Notes: generated by a model not told the origin, from the letters alone. A stretch of DNA of 62,237 nucleotides, filler included, from 4 parts of 4 records of this genome joined end to end with filler, not necessarily neighbours in it; one strand, 5' to 3'; shown: positions 20,653 through 31,593, numbered from the whole stretch's first letter. Numbers and translations: made by a program.

Positions 20653-22167
20653 ATGGCCAAAGGGGATCTTCCTGTTCTTGTCGGCGCAGGCCAAAGCCTC
20701 AGCCAGTGGGACGGCTCTGCCGGGCCAGCCGGGGCCCCCTCACCGCTATCGCTGATGGTAGACGCCTCGAAGGCGGCGCTTGCCGATACGGGCGCCGCAG
20801 GCATCGCAGGCGCCATCGACACGCTTGCCGTGGTTCGCATCTTCGAGGACTCCGTGCGCGGCGCCCCGCACCCGCACGGCCACAACACAAACCTGCCCGG
20901 CACGCTGGCGCGCGACATCGGCGCGGCCCCTGCCAACCTGATCTATGAGACCGTCGGCGGCCAGAGCCCGCAGGCGCTCGTCAACGAAATGGCCGCCAAG
21001 GTTTTCGAGGGCGAGATCGAGTGCGCGCTGATCTCCGGCTCTGAAGCCAACCGCGCCTCCAAGGGCGCGCGCCGCCATGGCGTGGAGATCAACTGGGCCG
21101 ACAGCGCCGACGCCGAATATGAAGACCGCGGCACCGGCCCGATGATGCTGAGCCGTGAAGAGATCAAGCATGGCATCGTGGCCCCGGCCTATTTCTATGC
21201 CATGTTCGAAAACGCCATCGCCGCCCGCGAAGGTCGCTCGCGCAGCCAGCACCGCAAGGCCATGGCGGAGCTGTTCCAGCCCTTCACGGCTGTGGCCGCG
21301 AAGAACCCCTATTCCCAGTTCCCGGTCGAGCACTCTGTCGAGTTCCTGTCGACGCCGTCCAAGGCGAACTATGAGTACGCAGACCCCTTCCTGAAATGGT
21401 TCATCGCGCAGGACGCCGTGAACCAGGGCGCCGCCGCCATCGTGATGAGTTCGTCGAAAGCGGATGAACTCGGCATTGCTGAAGACAAGCGCGTCTATCT
21501 GCACGGCGCTGGCGAAGGCTCCGACGATTTCATTTCCGTCCGTCCACGGCTGGATGGCTCCTTCGCCATGGAGGCAGCAATCTCCCGAGCACTAGATCAG
21601 TCCGGCAAGACCGCAGCCGACATGGCGCACTTCGACCTCTACTCCTGCTTCCCCTGCGCCGTGTTCTCCTCGACGCAGGCGCTGGGCGTCGACTGGAAAA
21701 CCGACAAGCGCCCGCTGACCCTGACCGGCGGCCTGCCCTTCTTTGGTGGCCCGGGGAACAATTACTCCCTGCACGGAATTGCCGAAATGGTTACCAAGCT
21801 TCGCGGCGATGCAGGCACCTTCGGTCTCGTCCTCGCCAATGGCGGCTGGATGACCAAGGAAGCCGTCGGGGTCTATTCAACCGCCAAGCCGGCTGAGTTC
21901 ACACCGGTTGCCCGCTATGCCCGTCCGGCAGAAGAAATCGAATTGTGCACAGAGAGTTGCGTCGCCAAGCTCGAAACCTTCACGGTCACCCATGGCAAGG
22001 AAGGCCCCAACAAGGGCATTATCTTCGCCCGCCTGCCGGATGGCCGCCGCGCGCTCGCCAATGCCAGCCATGCGGCCCTCGCCGTGCTGCGCGAGGATGC
22101 CAGCCCCGTCGGTCGCAGCGTGAAAATCACGGTGGACGGCGAAACAGGCACATTCGACTTCACCTAG
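20653..22167 (+). CDS. Thiolase-like protein (TLP1-type acetyl-CoA acetyltransferase-like, with extra C-terminal domain)
   Basis: GGQSPQ, VNQGAA, DLYSCFP, LTLTGGLPFFGGPGNNYS, ANGG motifs. Confidence 0.85.
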   Translation: MAKGDLPVLVGAGQSLSQWDGSAGPAGAPSPLSLMVDASKAALADTGAAGIAGAIDTLAVVRIFEDSVRGAPHPHGHNTNLPGTLARDIGAAPANLIYETVGGQSPQALVNEMAAKVFEGEIECALISGSEANRASKGARRHGVEINWADSADAEYEDRGTGPMMLSREEIKHGIVAPAYFYAMFENAIAAREGRSRSQHRKAMAELFQPFTAVAAKNPYSQFPVEHSVEFLSTPSKANYEYADPFLKWFIAQDAVNQGAAAIVMSSSKADELGIAEDKRVYLHGAGEGSDDFISVRPRLDGSFAMEAAISRALDQSGKTAADMAHFDLYSCFPCAVFSSTQALGVDWKTDKRPLTLTGGLPFFGGPGNNYSLHGIAEMVTKLRGDAGTFGLVLANGGWMTKEAVGVYSTAKPAEFTPVARYARPAEEIELCTESCVAKLETFTVTHGKEGPNKGIIFARLPDGRRALANASHAALAVLREDASPVGRSVKITVDGETGTFDFT

Positions 22168-22179
22168 CGGGCGGCCTGT

Positions 22180-23580
22180 GTGCGGTACTTCGAGATCTCC
22201 GTTCAGCGCTGGTGCGGCGAATTCGTTTGCGGCCGGGTCACGCGGGAATTCCATGATTACTGGAAGTCCCGCAGCCAGAACGAGCTCGCCGAATACATAA
22301 ATTCATTCGATCCCGAAGACCGGGACCCTGCCGCACCGCCGGCACTGGAAACCGGTGAGACACCTGACGGCTGGTATGACATCGACGATGTCGCCCATAT
22401 CAACAATGCCGTCACGAACGGGAACAGCATCTTTGTCACGGAAGTGACGTTGGATGAGGACAGCCATACTGGCTTTCGCCCCCTGGCAGACGGCTATGAC
22501 GAAACCTTCGTCATCGAAGACATTGCCGGGGAAATGCCGGAGACCTTCCTGCAGTGCGAACGCGATATCGAAATTGATAGGGAGGCAGATGCGCCGGCGA
22601 ATCCGGTCTTTGTTGGCAAATCCATCGAAAAGGGCGCCCAAACCATTGGTGTCTGCGCGACAGAGGACGACTTTGATATCCGCAAACTGTCGATCCATTA
22701 CTGGAGCTTCGACGGCGACGATGTGATCCGGGAACTTCGCTACGACGGCACCCCGCTTGAGACCTGGCCGGATTCCTCAGATGGCAAAGCGCTATATTTC
22801 TATGTCGGGGATCTGCATGAGTCCTCCGAAGCGGAGGATCAAGCGCCCTCTGATGATTCGGCGCAAACTGATGAGCCATCTCCTGCGCCGCCTGGACATC
22901 TTCGCCTGTTCATCTATTCGCTCTGGCCTTCTTTCGCGCATACTCTCAAATCAATTCTATCCGTCATCGGATTTCCGGTATTCCTTCTTGCTTCGTTGAG
23001 TGCAGTCAAATATCTCGCCATCTGGAACGTCTTGGAGATCGGCGGCGTCCTTGCCCAGCTGATCGCATGGCAACAGTTCTGGCTGGATTATGCGTCTGAT
23101 TACATTGCCGGCTATGGGATACATGTCCCGCCGGTCATCATTGATGCCGCGCTGGTCTATCTGTCAGTGGGCAATACGGTCGCACGCTCCGAGAAACAGG
23201 AACTCCTCTCGGTCCATGGGGTTGGAAGCGAACGTTGGGCATTGCTGGGGGAATTCTTCACAAGAGGTCGGATCGACTCGCTCACCTATGCTGTGCCGCG
23301 CTTCATGCGGGGCGGATTCATTCGTATCTCCTGGCCATTGATTGTGCTCTACCGCCTTGGCACCCCTTTTGTCGTGGAGGGTCCTGGTCCGGACGGCAGC
23401 CCGATAAGTTCGGCCGTCCCGCGCAGAGAGCTTGCGGATTTCGCCGCCATGGTAACATCAGCGCATGGCACGTGGAAAGGCCAGAGCGTGAAAGACTTCC
23501 GGCAGATCGTGGTCTGGCACTTCGCATTGGTGGCACTCGGCGCATGGCTGACAGGCCAGGCCCTGGCACTGCTGACCTGA
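22180..23580 (+). CDS. Hypothetical protein: acidic soluble N-terminal domain, linker and multi-TM C-terminal domain
   Basis: 466-aa ORF (GTG start) exactly filling the thiolase-gpsA gap; Asp/Glu-rich first ~210 aa, Pro/acidic linker, several hydrophobic helices. Confidence 0.7.
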   Translation: MRYFEISVQRWCGEFVCGRVTREFHDYWKSRSQNELAEYINSFDPEDRDPAAPPALETGETPDGWYDIDDVAHINNAVTNGNSIFVTEVTLDEDSHTGFRPLADGYDETFVIEDIAGEMPETFLQCERDIEIDREADAPANPVFVGKSIEKGAQTIGVCATEDDFDIRKLSIHYWSFDGDDVIRELRYDGTPLETWPDSSDGKALYFYVGDLHESSEAEDQAPSDDSAQTDEPSPAPPGHLRLFIYSLWPSFAHTLKSILSVIGFPVFLLASLSAVKYLAIWNVLEIGGVLAQLIAWQQFWLDYASDYIAGYGIHVPPVIIDAALVYLSVGNTVARSEKQELLSVHGVGSERWALLGEFFTRGRIDSLTYAVPRFMRGGFIRISWPLIVLYRLGTPFVVEGPGPDGSPISSAVPRRELADFAAMVTSAHGTWKGQSVKDFRQIVVWHFALVALGAWLTGQALALLT

Positions 23581-23625
23581 CACCACCAGCTTGCCCCGCA
23601 TGACGGTTTCGCCCAAATTCCGGGC

Positions 23626-24636
23626 ATGACAACGCATTTCAAGAAGTTCGGCGTGATCGGCGGCGGGGCCTGGGGCACCGCCATCGCACAGATGCTGACC
23701 CGTGAGGGGCAGGATGTGCTGATCTGGTGCCGTGAGCAGGAGGTCGCAGACGCGATCAACACGTGCCATGAGAACACTGTATTCCTGCCCGGTGTGCCGC
23801 TGAAGCCTGCCCTGAAAGCGACGAGCGAGCTTGCCGACCTCGCCGGTATGGACGCCGTCTTTGCCGTGGCCCCTGCCCAGCATACCCGCGCCACGCTGAA
23901 GGCCCTGAAAGGCACGCTGAAGCCCGGCACACCGATCGTGCTCTGCTCCAAGGGGATTGAGCTGGCGACCGGCGAGTTCATGACGCAGGTGCTGAAGGAC
24001 GAACTGCCGGATGCGGTGCCGGCGGTGATGTCCGGCCCGAGCTTCGCCATCGATGTGGCCCAGGGCCTGCCGACAGCGGTGACTTTTGCCATCGAGGACG
24101 AACAGCTCGGCACCGAACTGATCGCGGCGATCTCGACGCCTACCTTCCGGCCCTATCTCGCGCATGACCTGCTCGGCGCGGAAGTCGGCGGCGCGGTGAA
24201 GAACGTGCTGGCCATCGCCTGCGGCATTGCCCTCGGCAAGGGGCTTGGCCGGTCGGCCCATGCGGCCCTCATCGCACGGGGCAGCGCCGAGATGACCCGG
24301 CTCGCCCTGAAGCTCGGCGCGGAGCGGGAAACGCTGGCGGGCCTCTCGGGCCTCGGCGACCTCGTGCTCACCTGTTCCTCGGAGACCAGCCGCAACATGA
24401 GCTGCGGCATGGCGCTTGGCAAAGGCGAAGCACTGGAGAGCATTCTGGGCGCACGCAATGCCGTCACCGAAGGTGTCGCAACCGCCCCGGTCCTGCGGAA
24501 ACTGGCGGCGGAGCATGGCGTGGAAATGCCGATCTGTGATGCTGTTGCTGCCGTCATCGAAGGCGAAATCAGCGTCGATGAGGCCATTGTCCGCCTGCTG
24601 ATGCGGCCGAACCGGGCCGAAGCCGTCACCGCCTGA
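23626..24636 (+). CDS. gpsA: NAD(P)H-dependent glycerol-3-phosphate dehydrogenase
   Basis: GGGAWGTA, SKGIE, SGPSFA, GGAVKNVLAIACG, GLGDLVLTCSS, SRN, EGV. Confidence 0.97.
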   Translation: MTTHFKKFGVIGGGAWGTAIAQMLTREGQDVLIWCREQEVADAINTCHENTVFLPGVPLKPALKATSELADLAGMDAVFAVAPAQHTRATLKALKGTLKPGTPIVLCSKGIELATGEFMTQVLKDELPDAVPAVMSGPSFAIDVAQGLPTAVTFAIEDEQLGTELIAAISTPTFRPYLAHDLLGAEVGGAVKNVLAIACGIALGKGLGRSAHAALIARGSAEMTRLALKLGAERETLAGLSGLGDLVLTCSSETSRNMSCGMALGKGEALESILGARNAVTEGVATAPVLRKLAAEHGVEMPICDAVAAVIEGEISVDEAIVRLLMRPNRAEAVTA

Positions 24637-24716
24637 CCTTCAGGACCTGACCTTCCGTCACCTCTGGCAGTGGCCGGGCCGGCTGCTACAGTTCTTCCAA
24701 ACTGAGGAGGAACACG

Positions 24717-25553
24717 ATGGCTTACGAGTGCTTTGAGGTCACAATCGAAGACAAGATCGCCCACATCCGGATGAACCGGCCCGAGGCGCTGAACACAATG
24801 AACAAGGCGTTCTGGAATGAACTGCCGGAAATCATTCATGACATCGACAACAATGCCCGCGCCCGGGTGATCGTGATCTCGTCCACCGGCAAGCACTTCT
24901 CCGGCGGCATGGATACGACCGTCTTCACCGGCGACCGCGATGCGCCCAAGCATGACCGCTACATCATGGCCGAAGCCCTGCGCTCCAACATCAAGCATAT
25001 CCAGCACAGCTTCAGCTGCATGGAAGAGGCCCGCATGCCCGTCCTCTTCGCCTGCCATGGCGGCGTGATCGGCGGCGCGGTGGACATGATCTCCGCCGGC
25101 GACATCCGCTGGTGCACCAAGGACGCCTTCTTCTCCATCATGGAAACCAATATCGCCATGACGGCGGATGTCGGCACCTTCCCGCGCCTCCAGCGCTACA
25201 TTCCGGAAGGCTGGGCCAAGCAGATGGCCTATACCGGCATGCGCCTGCCCGCCGCCAAGGCGAAGGAGATCGGCCTCGTCAATGACGTGTTCGACACCCA
25301 CGAAGAGATGATGGAAGCCGTGATGGGTGTCGCGCGCGAGATCGCCGCCAACAGCCCGCTGGCCGTCACCGGCTGCAAGGTGCTGATCAATTACGGACGC
25401 GATCACAACACGGCCGACACGCTGGACTATATCGGTGTCTGGAACGCCGCCATGTTCCCGCCGCCGCACATGGCCGAGGCCTTCAAGGCCCGGATGGAGA
25501 AGCGCGATCCGGAATATCCGGAGCTGTCGGAACTGCGCGACACGCCGATGTAG
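24717..25553 (+). CDS. Crotonase/enoyl-CoA hydratase family protein (dienoyl-CoA isomerase-like)
   Basis: NRPEALN, HFSGGMD, HGGVIGGAVD, ADVGTFPRL, SPLAV; GAGGAGG RBS. Confidence 0.92.
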   Translation: MAYECFEVTIEDKIAHIRMNRPEALNTMNKAFWNELPEIIHDIDNNARARVIVISSTGKHFSGGMDTTVFTGDRDAPKHDRYIMAEALRSNIKHIQHSFSCMEEARMPVLFACHGGVIGGAVDMISAGDIRWCTKDAFFSIMETNIAMTADVGTFPRLQRYIPEGWAKQMAYTGMRLPAAKAKEIGLVNDVFDTHEEMMEAVMGVAREIAANSPLAVTGCKVLINYGRDHNTADTLDYIGVWNAAMFPPPHMAEAFKARMEKRDPEYPELSELRDTPM

Positions 25554-25637
25554 GCCGCCCCTGCGGGGGTGCATGGACGTTACGGAAACCCTGTGCCAAG
25601 AGACTGGTTACAAGTGTAACCAGTTTCACAGGTCTCC

Positions 25638-27391
25638 ATGTCCGATCTCCAGCATCTGAAAACCCTCGAACAGCGCCTGCTCTGGCTCTCGGCCTGGATG
25701 GTGCACAATGCCAATCACCTGCGCCCCAAGGGCGAAGGCGATGTGAAAGTGGGCGGGCACCAGGCCTCCTGCGCGTCGATGGTTTCGATCATGACCGCGC
25801 TCTATTTCCACACCCTCAAGCCCGAAGACCGCGTGGCGGTGAAGCCGCACGCCTCGCCTGTCTTCCACGCGATGCAGTACATCATGGGCAACCAGATGCT
25901 GGACAAGCTGAAGAGCTTCCGCGGCTATGGCGGCGCGCAGTCCTATCCCAGCCGCACGAAGGACGTGGACGATGTGGACTTCTCCACGGGCTCCGTCGGC
26001 CTTGGCGTGGCGGAGACAGCGTTCGCCTCTATCGTGCAGGACTATCTCGCTGCAAAGGACTGGGCGGAAGAGCGTCCCCTTGGCCGCATGGTCGCCCTCG
26101 TGGGCGATGCGGAGCTGGACGAGGGCAATGTCTATGAATGCCTTCAGGAAGGCTGGAAGCATGAGCTGCGCAACACCTGGTGGATCATCGACTATAACCG
26201 CCAGAGCCTCGATGGGGTGGTGCATGAAGGCCTCTGGGAAAAGATCGAGTCGATCTTCGAGGCTTTCGGCTGGCGCGTCGTTGTGCTGCGTCACGGCGCC
26301 TTGCAACGGGCCGCCTTCGAGGAGCCCGGCGGCAAAGCGCTGAAGGCCTGGATCCAGTCCTGTCCGAATGCGGACTACTCGGCCCTCACCTATCAGGGCG
26401 GCGCCGCGTGGCGCGGGCGCCTGATGGACGACCTTGGCGATCAGGGCGACGTCTCTGCTCTCCTGTCCAAACGCAGCGACGAGGAACTGAACGCCCTGAT
26501 GAACAATCTCGGTGGCCAATGCCTCGAAACGCTGACCGAGGCGTTCGACAGTGTCACCGATGACCGGCCGACCGTCTTCCTCGCCTACACGATCAAGGGC
26601 TGGGGCACGCCTCTGGCAGGTCACAAGGACAATCATGCCGGCCTGATGAACCCGGCCCAGATGGCAGACTTCCAGAGCCACATGGGCGTGCCGGAAGGCG
26701 AGGAATGGGAGAAACTGGCCACCGTCGAAGACAAGGACGCACTGGAAACCTTTCTCGGCCGCGTCCCCTTCTTCGAAGCAGGCCCGCGCCGCTTTACCGC
26801 GCCGAAAGTGGAAAGCCCAGGGCCCATCTTTCTGGATGACCGGACACTCTCCACACAGGCCGGCTTCGGCAAGATCCTCGACACGCTGGCCAAGGGCGAA
26901 AGCCAGATTGCAGACCGCATCCTGACGACCTCTCCGGACGTCACCTCCTCTACCAATCTCGGCCCATGGGTGAACCGACGATCCCTCTTTGCCCGGACAG
27001 AAAAGGAAGACACGTTCCGCCAGCAGCGGATCCCCTCCACGCAGAAATGGCAATTCTCCCCGGCCGGCCAGCATATCGAGCTCGGCATTGCGGAGATGAA
27101 TTTGTTCCTGCTGCTCGGCGCGGCGGGCCTGTCGCATTCCCTGTTCGGCGAGCGGCTGATCCCGATCGGCACGGTCTACGATCCGTTCGTCGCCCGCGGC
27201 CTCGATGCGCTGAACTATGCCTGTTACCAGGATGCCCGCTTCATCATCGCCGGGACACCTTCTGGCGTGACGCTGGCGCCGGAAGGCGGCGCGCACCAGT
27301 CCATCGGGGCGCAACTGATCGGGATGAGCCAGGACGGCCTCGTCAGTTTCGAGCCGGCATACCTCGACGAGCTCTCCATCATCATGGACTG
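25638..27391 (+). CDS. TPP-dependent pyruvate dehydrogenase E1/transketolase-like protein (3'-truncated)
   Basis: VGGHQAS, KPHASP, STGSVGLG, TPP motif GDAELDEG, ELGIAEMN, EGGAHQS; runs into the linker. Confidence 0.9.
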
Positions 27392-27491
27392 NNNNNNNNN
27401 NNNNNNNNNNNNNNNNNNNNNNNNNNNNNNNNNNNTTAATTAATTAANNNNNNNNNNNNNNNNNNNNNNNNNNNNNNNNNNNNNNNNNNNN
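27392..27491. other. Artificial contig linker
   Basis: N44-TTAATTAATTAA-N44 (stops in all six frames); base composition and apparent taxon change across it. Confidence 0.99.
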
Positions 27492-27958
27492 ATTCCACGG
27501 GTCTCGAATTCTCAAGAGGTGCAGAGATTCGTCTGTGAGCCTCCATGCTTAACGATGCTACTGTGAGCCGGAATTGAGCCGGAATTGCTCGGGACATTGA
27601 GCCTAAGATGCCCGGATCCGCTGGCTGGAATTCCAAAAGCCTTGTGGCAGGAAGCCTTGAGGCTCGATGCCTTGAGAATTTGGGCGCGCAGACTAACAAA
27701 AAGAAAAAGCTAGCCACCGCAGGTGTGGGGGCGCGGCGATGTATTCGGGTATAGGTTGCAGACGCCCAGCCGAGGCCGAAATCGATAGATCTGAGCGGGG
27801 ACGAGCGGGCCAAGAGTGCAGAATCGTAGTTCCGCGGCGTCATATCTTTGCGGGCTAGTACGAGAACCGGTATATTGTGCGCATATTACGCGTTGGTGCG
27901 GGCTGGGCGTAGAAAACTTTGGCAGCATCTGCCTTTCACGAATGAAAAAGAAGTAAGC

Positions 27959-28870
27959 ATGCTACGTTATCAAGCAGACATTAGAACACTGGCTTTTATG
28001 GTGATAACCACCCTGCTGCTCGTTGGGCTTTGGGGATGGGGTTTTTCGCTCAGTACGCCGCTTTTTGCTGTGCTGTATGCCTGGCAATTATTAATGGCGG
28101 TGGTGGTTTCGGTGATGGTGCACAATCATCAACACTTGCCGATGTGGAAGAAAAAATCCTTAAATGTTGTTACCGATAACTGGCTGACCGTGTTTTATGG
28201 ATTTCCGATTTTTGCGTGGATCCCGACACATAACAGCAATCACCATGTGCATATTAACAAAGAGCCCGACTACACTAAAACGTATCGTTATTCTGAGAAG
28301 AATAACCTGGTGACCTTGTTAACGTATCCGTCGATCAGCGGTTATTTCCAGCAGAAGGTTATCTCCAAGTATGTTAAAGAGCTCTGGAGCAATAACCGCA
28401 AGAAATTTTGGATGCACTTTATTCAGATTGCCACGCTGGTGGTCTGGACGGTAGTTGCACTGTTAATCGACTGGCGCAAGGCCTTGGTATTTGTTGTGAT
28501 TCCGCAGCAGGTTTCGCTGTTCACTGTGTTAGTGTTTAACTATTTGCAGCACGTGCATGCCGACGAAGAAACCAAGTACAACAGTTCGCGCAACTTTACG
28601 GGTAAACTGCTGAATTTTGTTTTAATCAATAATGGACTGCACACGGCGCACCACGTTTCGCCGGGCGTACACTGGAGCAAATTGCCTGAGCTGCACCAGA
28701 AACTCAGTCCAAAAATCGATCCGACTCTGAACGAGAAACGATTCGGTTGGTACTTGTTCCGCACCTATGTTTTGGCGATGTTCGTTCCATCGATGCGCGC
28801 CACAAATATGCGCGCCGAGCGCCAGAAGCGCCTGGCAGCCGAAGAATCAAATGTTGAAATCATGGCCTAG
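27959..28870 (+). CDS. Membrane-bound fatty acid desaturase family protein
   Basis: His boxes HNHQH, HNSNHH, QHVH and HTAHH with intervening TM helices; start placed at ATG 27959. Confidence 0.93.
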   Translation: MLRYQADIRTLAFMVITTLLLVGLWGWGFSLSTPLFAVLYAWQLLMAVVVSVMVHNHQHLPMWKKKSLNVVTDNWLTVFYGFPIFAWIPTHNSNHHVHINKEPDYTKTYRYSEKNNLVTLLTYPSISGYFQQKVISKYVKELWSNNRKKFWMHFIQIATLVVWTVVALLIDWRKALVFVVIPQQVSLFTVLVFNYLQHVHADEETKYNSSRNFTGKLLNFVLINNGLHTAHHVSPGVHWSKLPELHQKLSPKIDPTLNEKRFGWYLFRTYVLAMFVPSMRATNMRAERQKRLAAEESNVEIMA

Positions 28871-28916
28871 GCCTGAAGACGACATTCTTTGCACTTATTG
28901 AAGTGTCAAAAATTAT

Positions 28917-28954
28917 AAGACCTCGCGGCATTAGCTGTGAGGTCTTTTTGTTTT
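28917..28954 (+). terminator. Rho-independent terminator after the desaturase
   Basis: AAGACCTCGCGGC-ATTA-GCTGTGAGGTCTT stem followed by TTTGTTTT. Confidence 0.85.
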
Positions 28955-29360
28955 AGTGCTGTTTTTAGCGGAGTACCGCGCAGTCTTCAGTATTGATGTT
29001 TGGGAGCGGAAGGTTTAGGCACCGCTTTCTGCCTGGCAGCAGATTCACTGAATTTAACGATTACTGTAAATTCTCGATTGGGTTGCCGGAGATTGCTGAC
29101 GGTAGCAAGTTCTGGTTCAGATTCCTGCAGAACGAGTTCCGAATCTTGTTTCTGGCAAAGCACTGCGATGTTAATAGTTGATGGCGCATTAGAAATATCT
29201 CAAAAAAAGTGTGGCTCAAAAAACGCAACACACCGGCCTGCCGCCCGTAGCTCCCGCATTGAGCGGCGCACAATAGCGCCGCAAACAAGGGGTGCCCGCG
29301 ATTCCCGAGGCACCGAATAATTTTGGCTTTTAAGCTCCAAACCATAAAATCAGGTAGTAC

Positions 29361-30449
29361 ATGCAATCCAAAGATCGAGTCCATCTTATCGACATCAGCC
29401 CCACAAGCTGGGAACATCCGGCCGACAAAGCTGCGCTGGATGCGCTGCGCGCCGTTCCCGGACTAGACCTGCTTGTTCAAAAGCTCTTTGGTGCAACTAC
29501 TGAACGATCGCTGCGCCTCCTGCAGTTGGGTTCCTCCGTGCGCGTAAGTGAGACGCAGTTTGCAGAGCTGCATACGCTCTACCGCGAGGCTTGTCAGGTG
29601 CTGAACGTGGGCAAAATGCCCGAACTCTATGTAGCGAACAGTCCATTCCTGAATGCTTCAGCCGTCGGCTTTGACCGGCCCTTTATCGTGCTGAACTCGG
29701 TGACGGTCGAGGCCCTCAAACCGGACCAACTGCTGTTTTTGATTGGGCATGAACTTGGGCATGTGATGAGCGGACATGCGCTCTATAAAACCCTGCTGGC
29801 GGTGCTGATGCAGCTGCTGATGTTCAGCATGTACGTGCCACTCGGCGCAATTCCGCTAATGGCGATTGTCATGGCGCTGCTCGAATGGGACCGCAAAAGT
29901 GAGCTGACGGCGGATCGCGCCGGACTGCTCGTTCTCCAGGAAGTCATGGGATCCTACGAGTCGCAGATGCAACTGGCGGGCGGAACTGCGGTCGAAAAAA
30001 TGAACATCAACGAATTTTTTGTGCAGGCTGCTGAATATGAAGCCGGTGAGTCGATTATCGACAGCTTCTACAAGATGATCAATCTGTTCGGCACCACACA
30101 TCCCTTTCCGGTTCTGCGCGTTGTGGAACTTAAAAAATGGGTTGATAGCGGCGCATATCAGGAAATCCTGAATGGCAACTACCAGCGCCGCGGCGCAGCC
30201 GACCAGGGCAGTGTATTTGACTCCTTTATGGAAGCCGGCAAGCAGTATCGCGAAGACTTTGAGACTTCCAGTGATCCACTCTTTAAAATCTTTGCCGGCG
30301 CGGCTTCCGGCGCTGCCGACGTAGCCAGTGGTGCCGCCGATAAAGGCCGCGAATTCTTTGAGACTTTGTTCAAGAACCGCACATCCAACGGTACTCCAGA
30401 TGCGAATCAGGATGGTCAGGATTCAAAACAATCCCCAGATGATGAGTAG
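29361..30449 (+). CDS. M48-family zinc metallopeptidase
   Basis: WEHPAD N-terminus, HELGH zinc motif, ELTADRAGLL, THPFPVLR. Confidence 0.93.
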   Translation: MQSKDRVHLIDISPTSWEHPADKAALDALRAVPGLDLLVQKLFGATTERSLRLLQLGSSVRVSETQFAELHTLYREACQVLNVGKMPELYVANSPFLNASAVGFDRPFIVLNSVTVEALKPDQLLFLIGHELGHVMSGHALYKTLLAVLMQLLMFSMYVPLGAIPLMAIVMALLEWDRKSELTADRAGLLVLQEVMGSYESQMQLAGGTAVEKMNINEFFVQAAEYEAGESIIDSFYKMINLFGTTHPFPVLRVVELKKWVDSGAYQEILNGNYQRRGAADQGSVFDSFMEAGKQYREDFETSSDPLFKIFAGAASGAADVASGAADKGREFFETLFKNRTSNGTPDANQDGQDSKQSPDDE

Positions 30450-30605
30450 AGCGAATGCCGATCACCCCCAGCTGAGCAAGCGCTCAGCTGCAGAAATTAA
30501 ACGCCGGGTCTAGGGCAGCACGCAGAATATCAATATTTTAGCGGGTCATTTGTTTGGCCACTGCCCAATGTGCCACGTTTATTCATTCTGACAGTGAGTT
30601 GGATC

Positions 30606-31583
30606 ATGTCTAGCTATTCGCATCTCAAACACCAGTCGTCGTTTGCCTCGCTATTGTTTGCAGCTCTGGTTATTGGCCTCAGCAGTTGTGGTCAGCAGGA
30701 CGGCGAGCCGTCCGAGGCTGAGAAATCAGCGGCTGAGGCTCTGGCCGCCAAGAATCAAAGTCCCGTGTCTGTCTTTGGGCACGGAGTCATCAGCACTTTT
30801 GCCCAGGAACAGAGCATCACATTCACAGCTTCGGGTGACAGCTGCGTATATGCGCTCAATGGCGTCTTTAACCTGGCTGTCAAAAATGCGGCTGGTGAAT
30901 GGGAAAAACAGGGAGCACTAACCGGTACACGTCCCGCCATAGATCACTCCGCAACCTTTGGCCCCGACGGCAATTTTTACTTCTCAGCCAACACACGTGT
31001 GGCCAACACCTTAACCGGCGTCGGATTTGACCTCTTCGTTGTACGCCCAACAGCTGAAGGCTGGTCCGCCCCAGAGCCTTTGGCCGAACTTAACAGCGAA
31101 GCCTCCGAATACTCACCGACATTTGATGTGGATGGTTCGCTCTACTTTTGCTCCGACCGTGGTGAGGCCGGTGATTTTAACATTTATCGTGCCCAATATG
31201 TATCGGGGCGTTTTTTACGTCCGCTTAAACTCGGTGCCACAATCAATACCAGCGATGATGAATCAAGTGTAGCACTTGCGCCCACGGGGCAAGGCATATT
31301 GTTTGCGCGTGCGCCCAAACCAGCCACGCTCACCAACGGGATTCACGATCTATACTTCAGCTATAAAAAAGATGACGTCTGGCAGGAAGCACAACTGGTG
31401 CATCCGGACGCAAATGGTGATTTTGATTCCTTTTTGCCCTCGTTTTCACCAGATGGATTAACAGCATATTTCACTTCGGGACGGCCATTGGCAGAGCAGG
31501 AGACTGGTGGGCGGCGCAGTTTTAGCAGTATCTTTTCGATCAGTACGGTTGACCTCTTAAACCGAACAACAGCGCCAAATTAA
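30606..31583 (+). CDS. TolB/PD40-repeat beta-propeller lipoprotein
   Basis: Lipobox LSSC; PD40-like repeats (EYSPTFDVDGSLYFCSDR, PSFSPDGLTAYFTSGR); start could alternatively be GTG 30570. Confidence 0.85.
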   Translation: MSSYSHLKHQSSFASLLFAALVIGLSSCGQQDGEPSEAEKSAAEALAAKNQSPVSVFGHGVISTFAQEQSITFTASGDSCVYALNGVFNLAVKNAAGEWEKQGALTGTRPAIDHSATFGPDGNFYFSANTRVANTLTGVGFDLFVVRPTAEGWSAPEPLAELNSEASEYSPTFDVDGSLYFCSDRGEAGDFNIYRAQYVSGRFLRPLKLGATINTSDDESSVALAPTGQGILFARAPKPATLTNGIHDLYFSYKKDDVWQEAQLVHPDANGDFDSFLPSFSPDGLTAYFTSGRPLAEQETGGRRSFSSIFSISTVDLLNRTTAPN

Positions 31584-31593
31584 ACAGCTTGGT

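Noticed and set aside
27492..27843. 135-aa minus-strand ORF and an 11-bp tandem TGAGCCGGAAT x2 (27564-27585)
   Set aside because: The ORF has no motif and runs into the linker; two short copies at a contig edge are too little to interpret.
28955..29360. Short ORFs between the desaturase and the M48 peptidase
   Set aside because: Overlapping frames on both strands with weak starts and no motifs; treated as intergenic.
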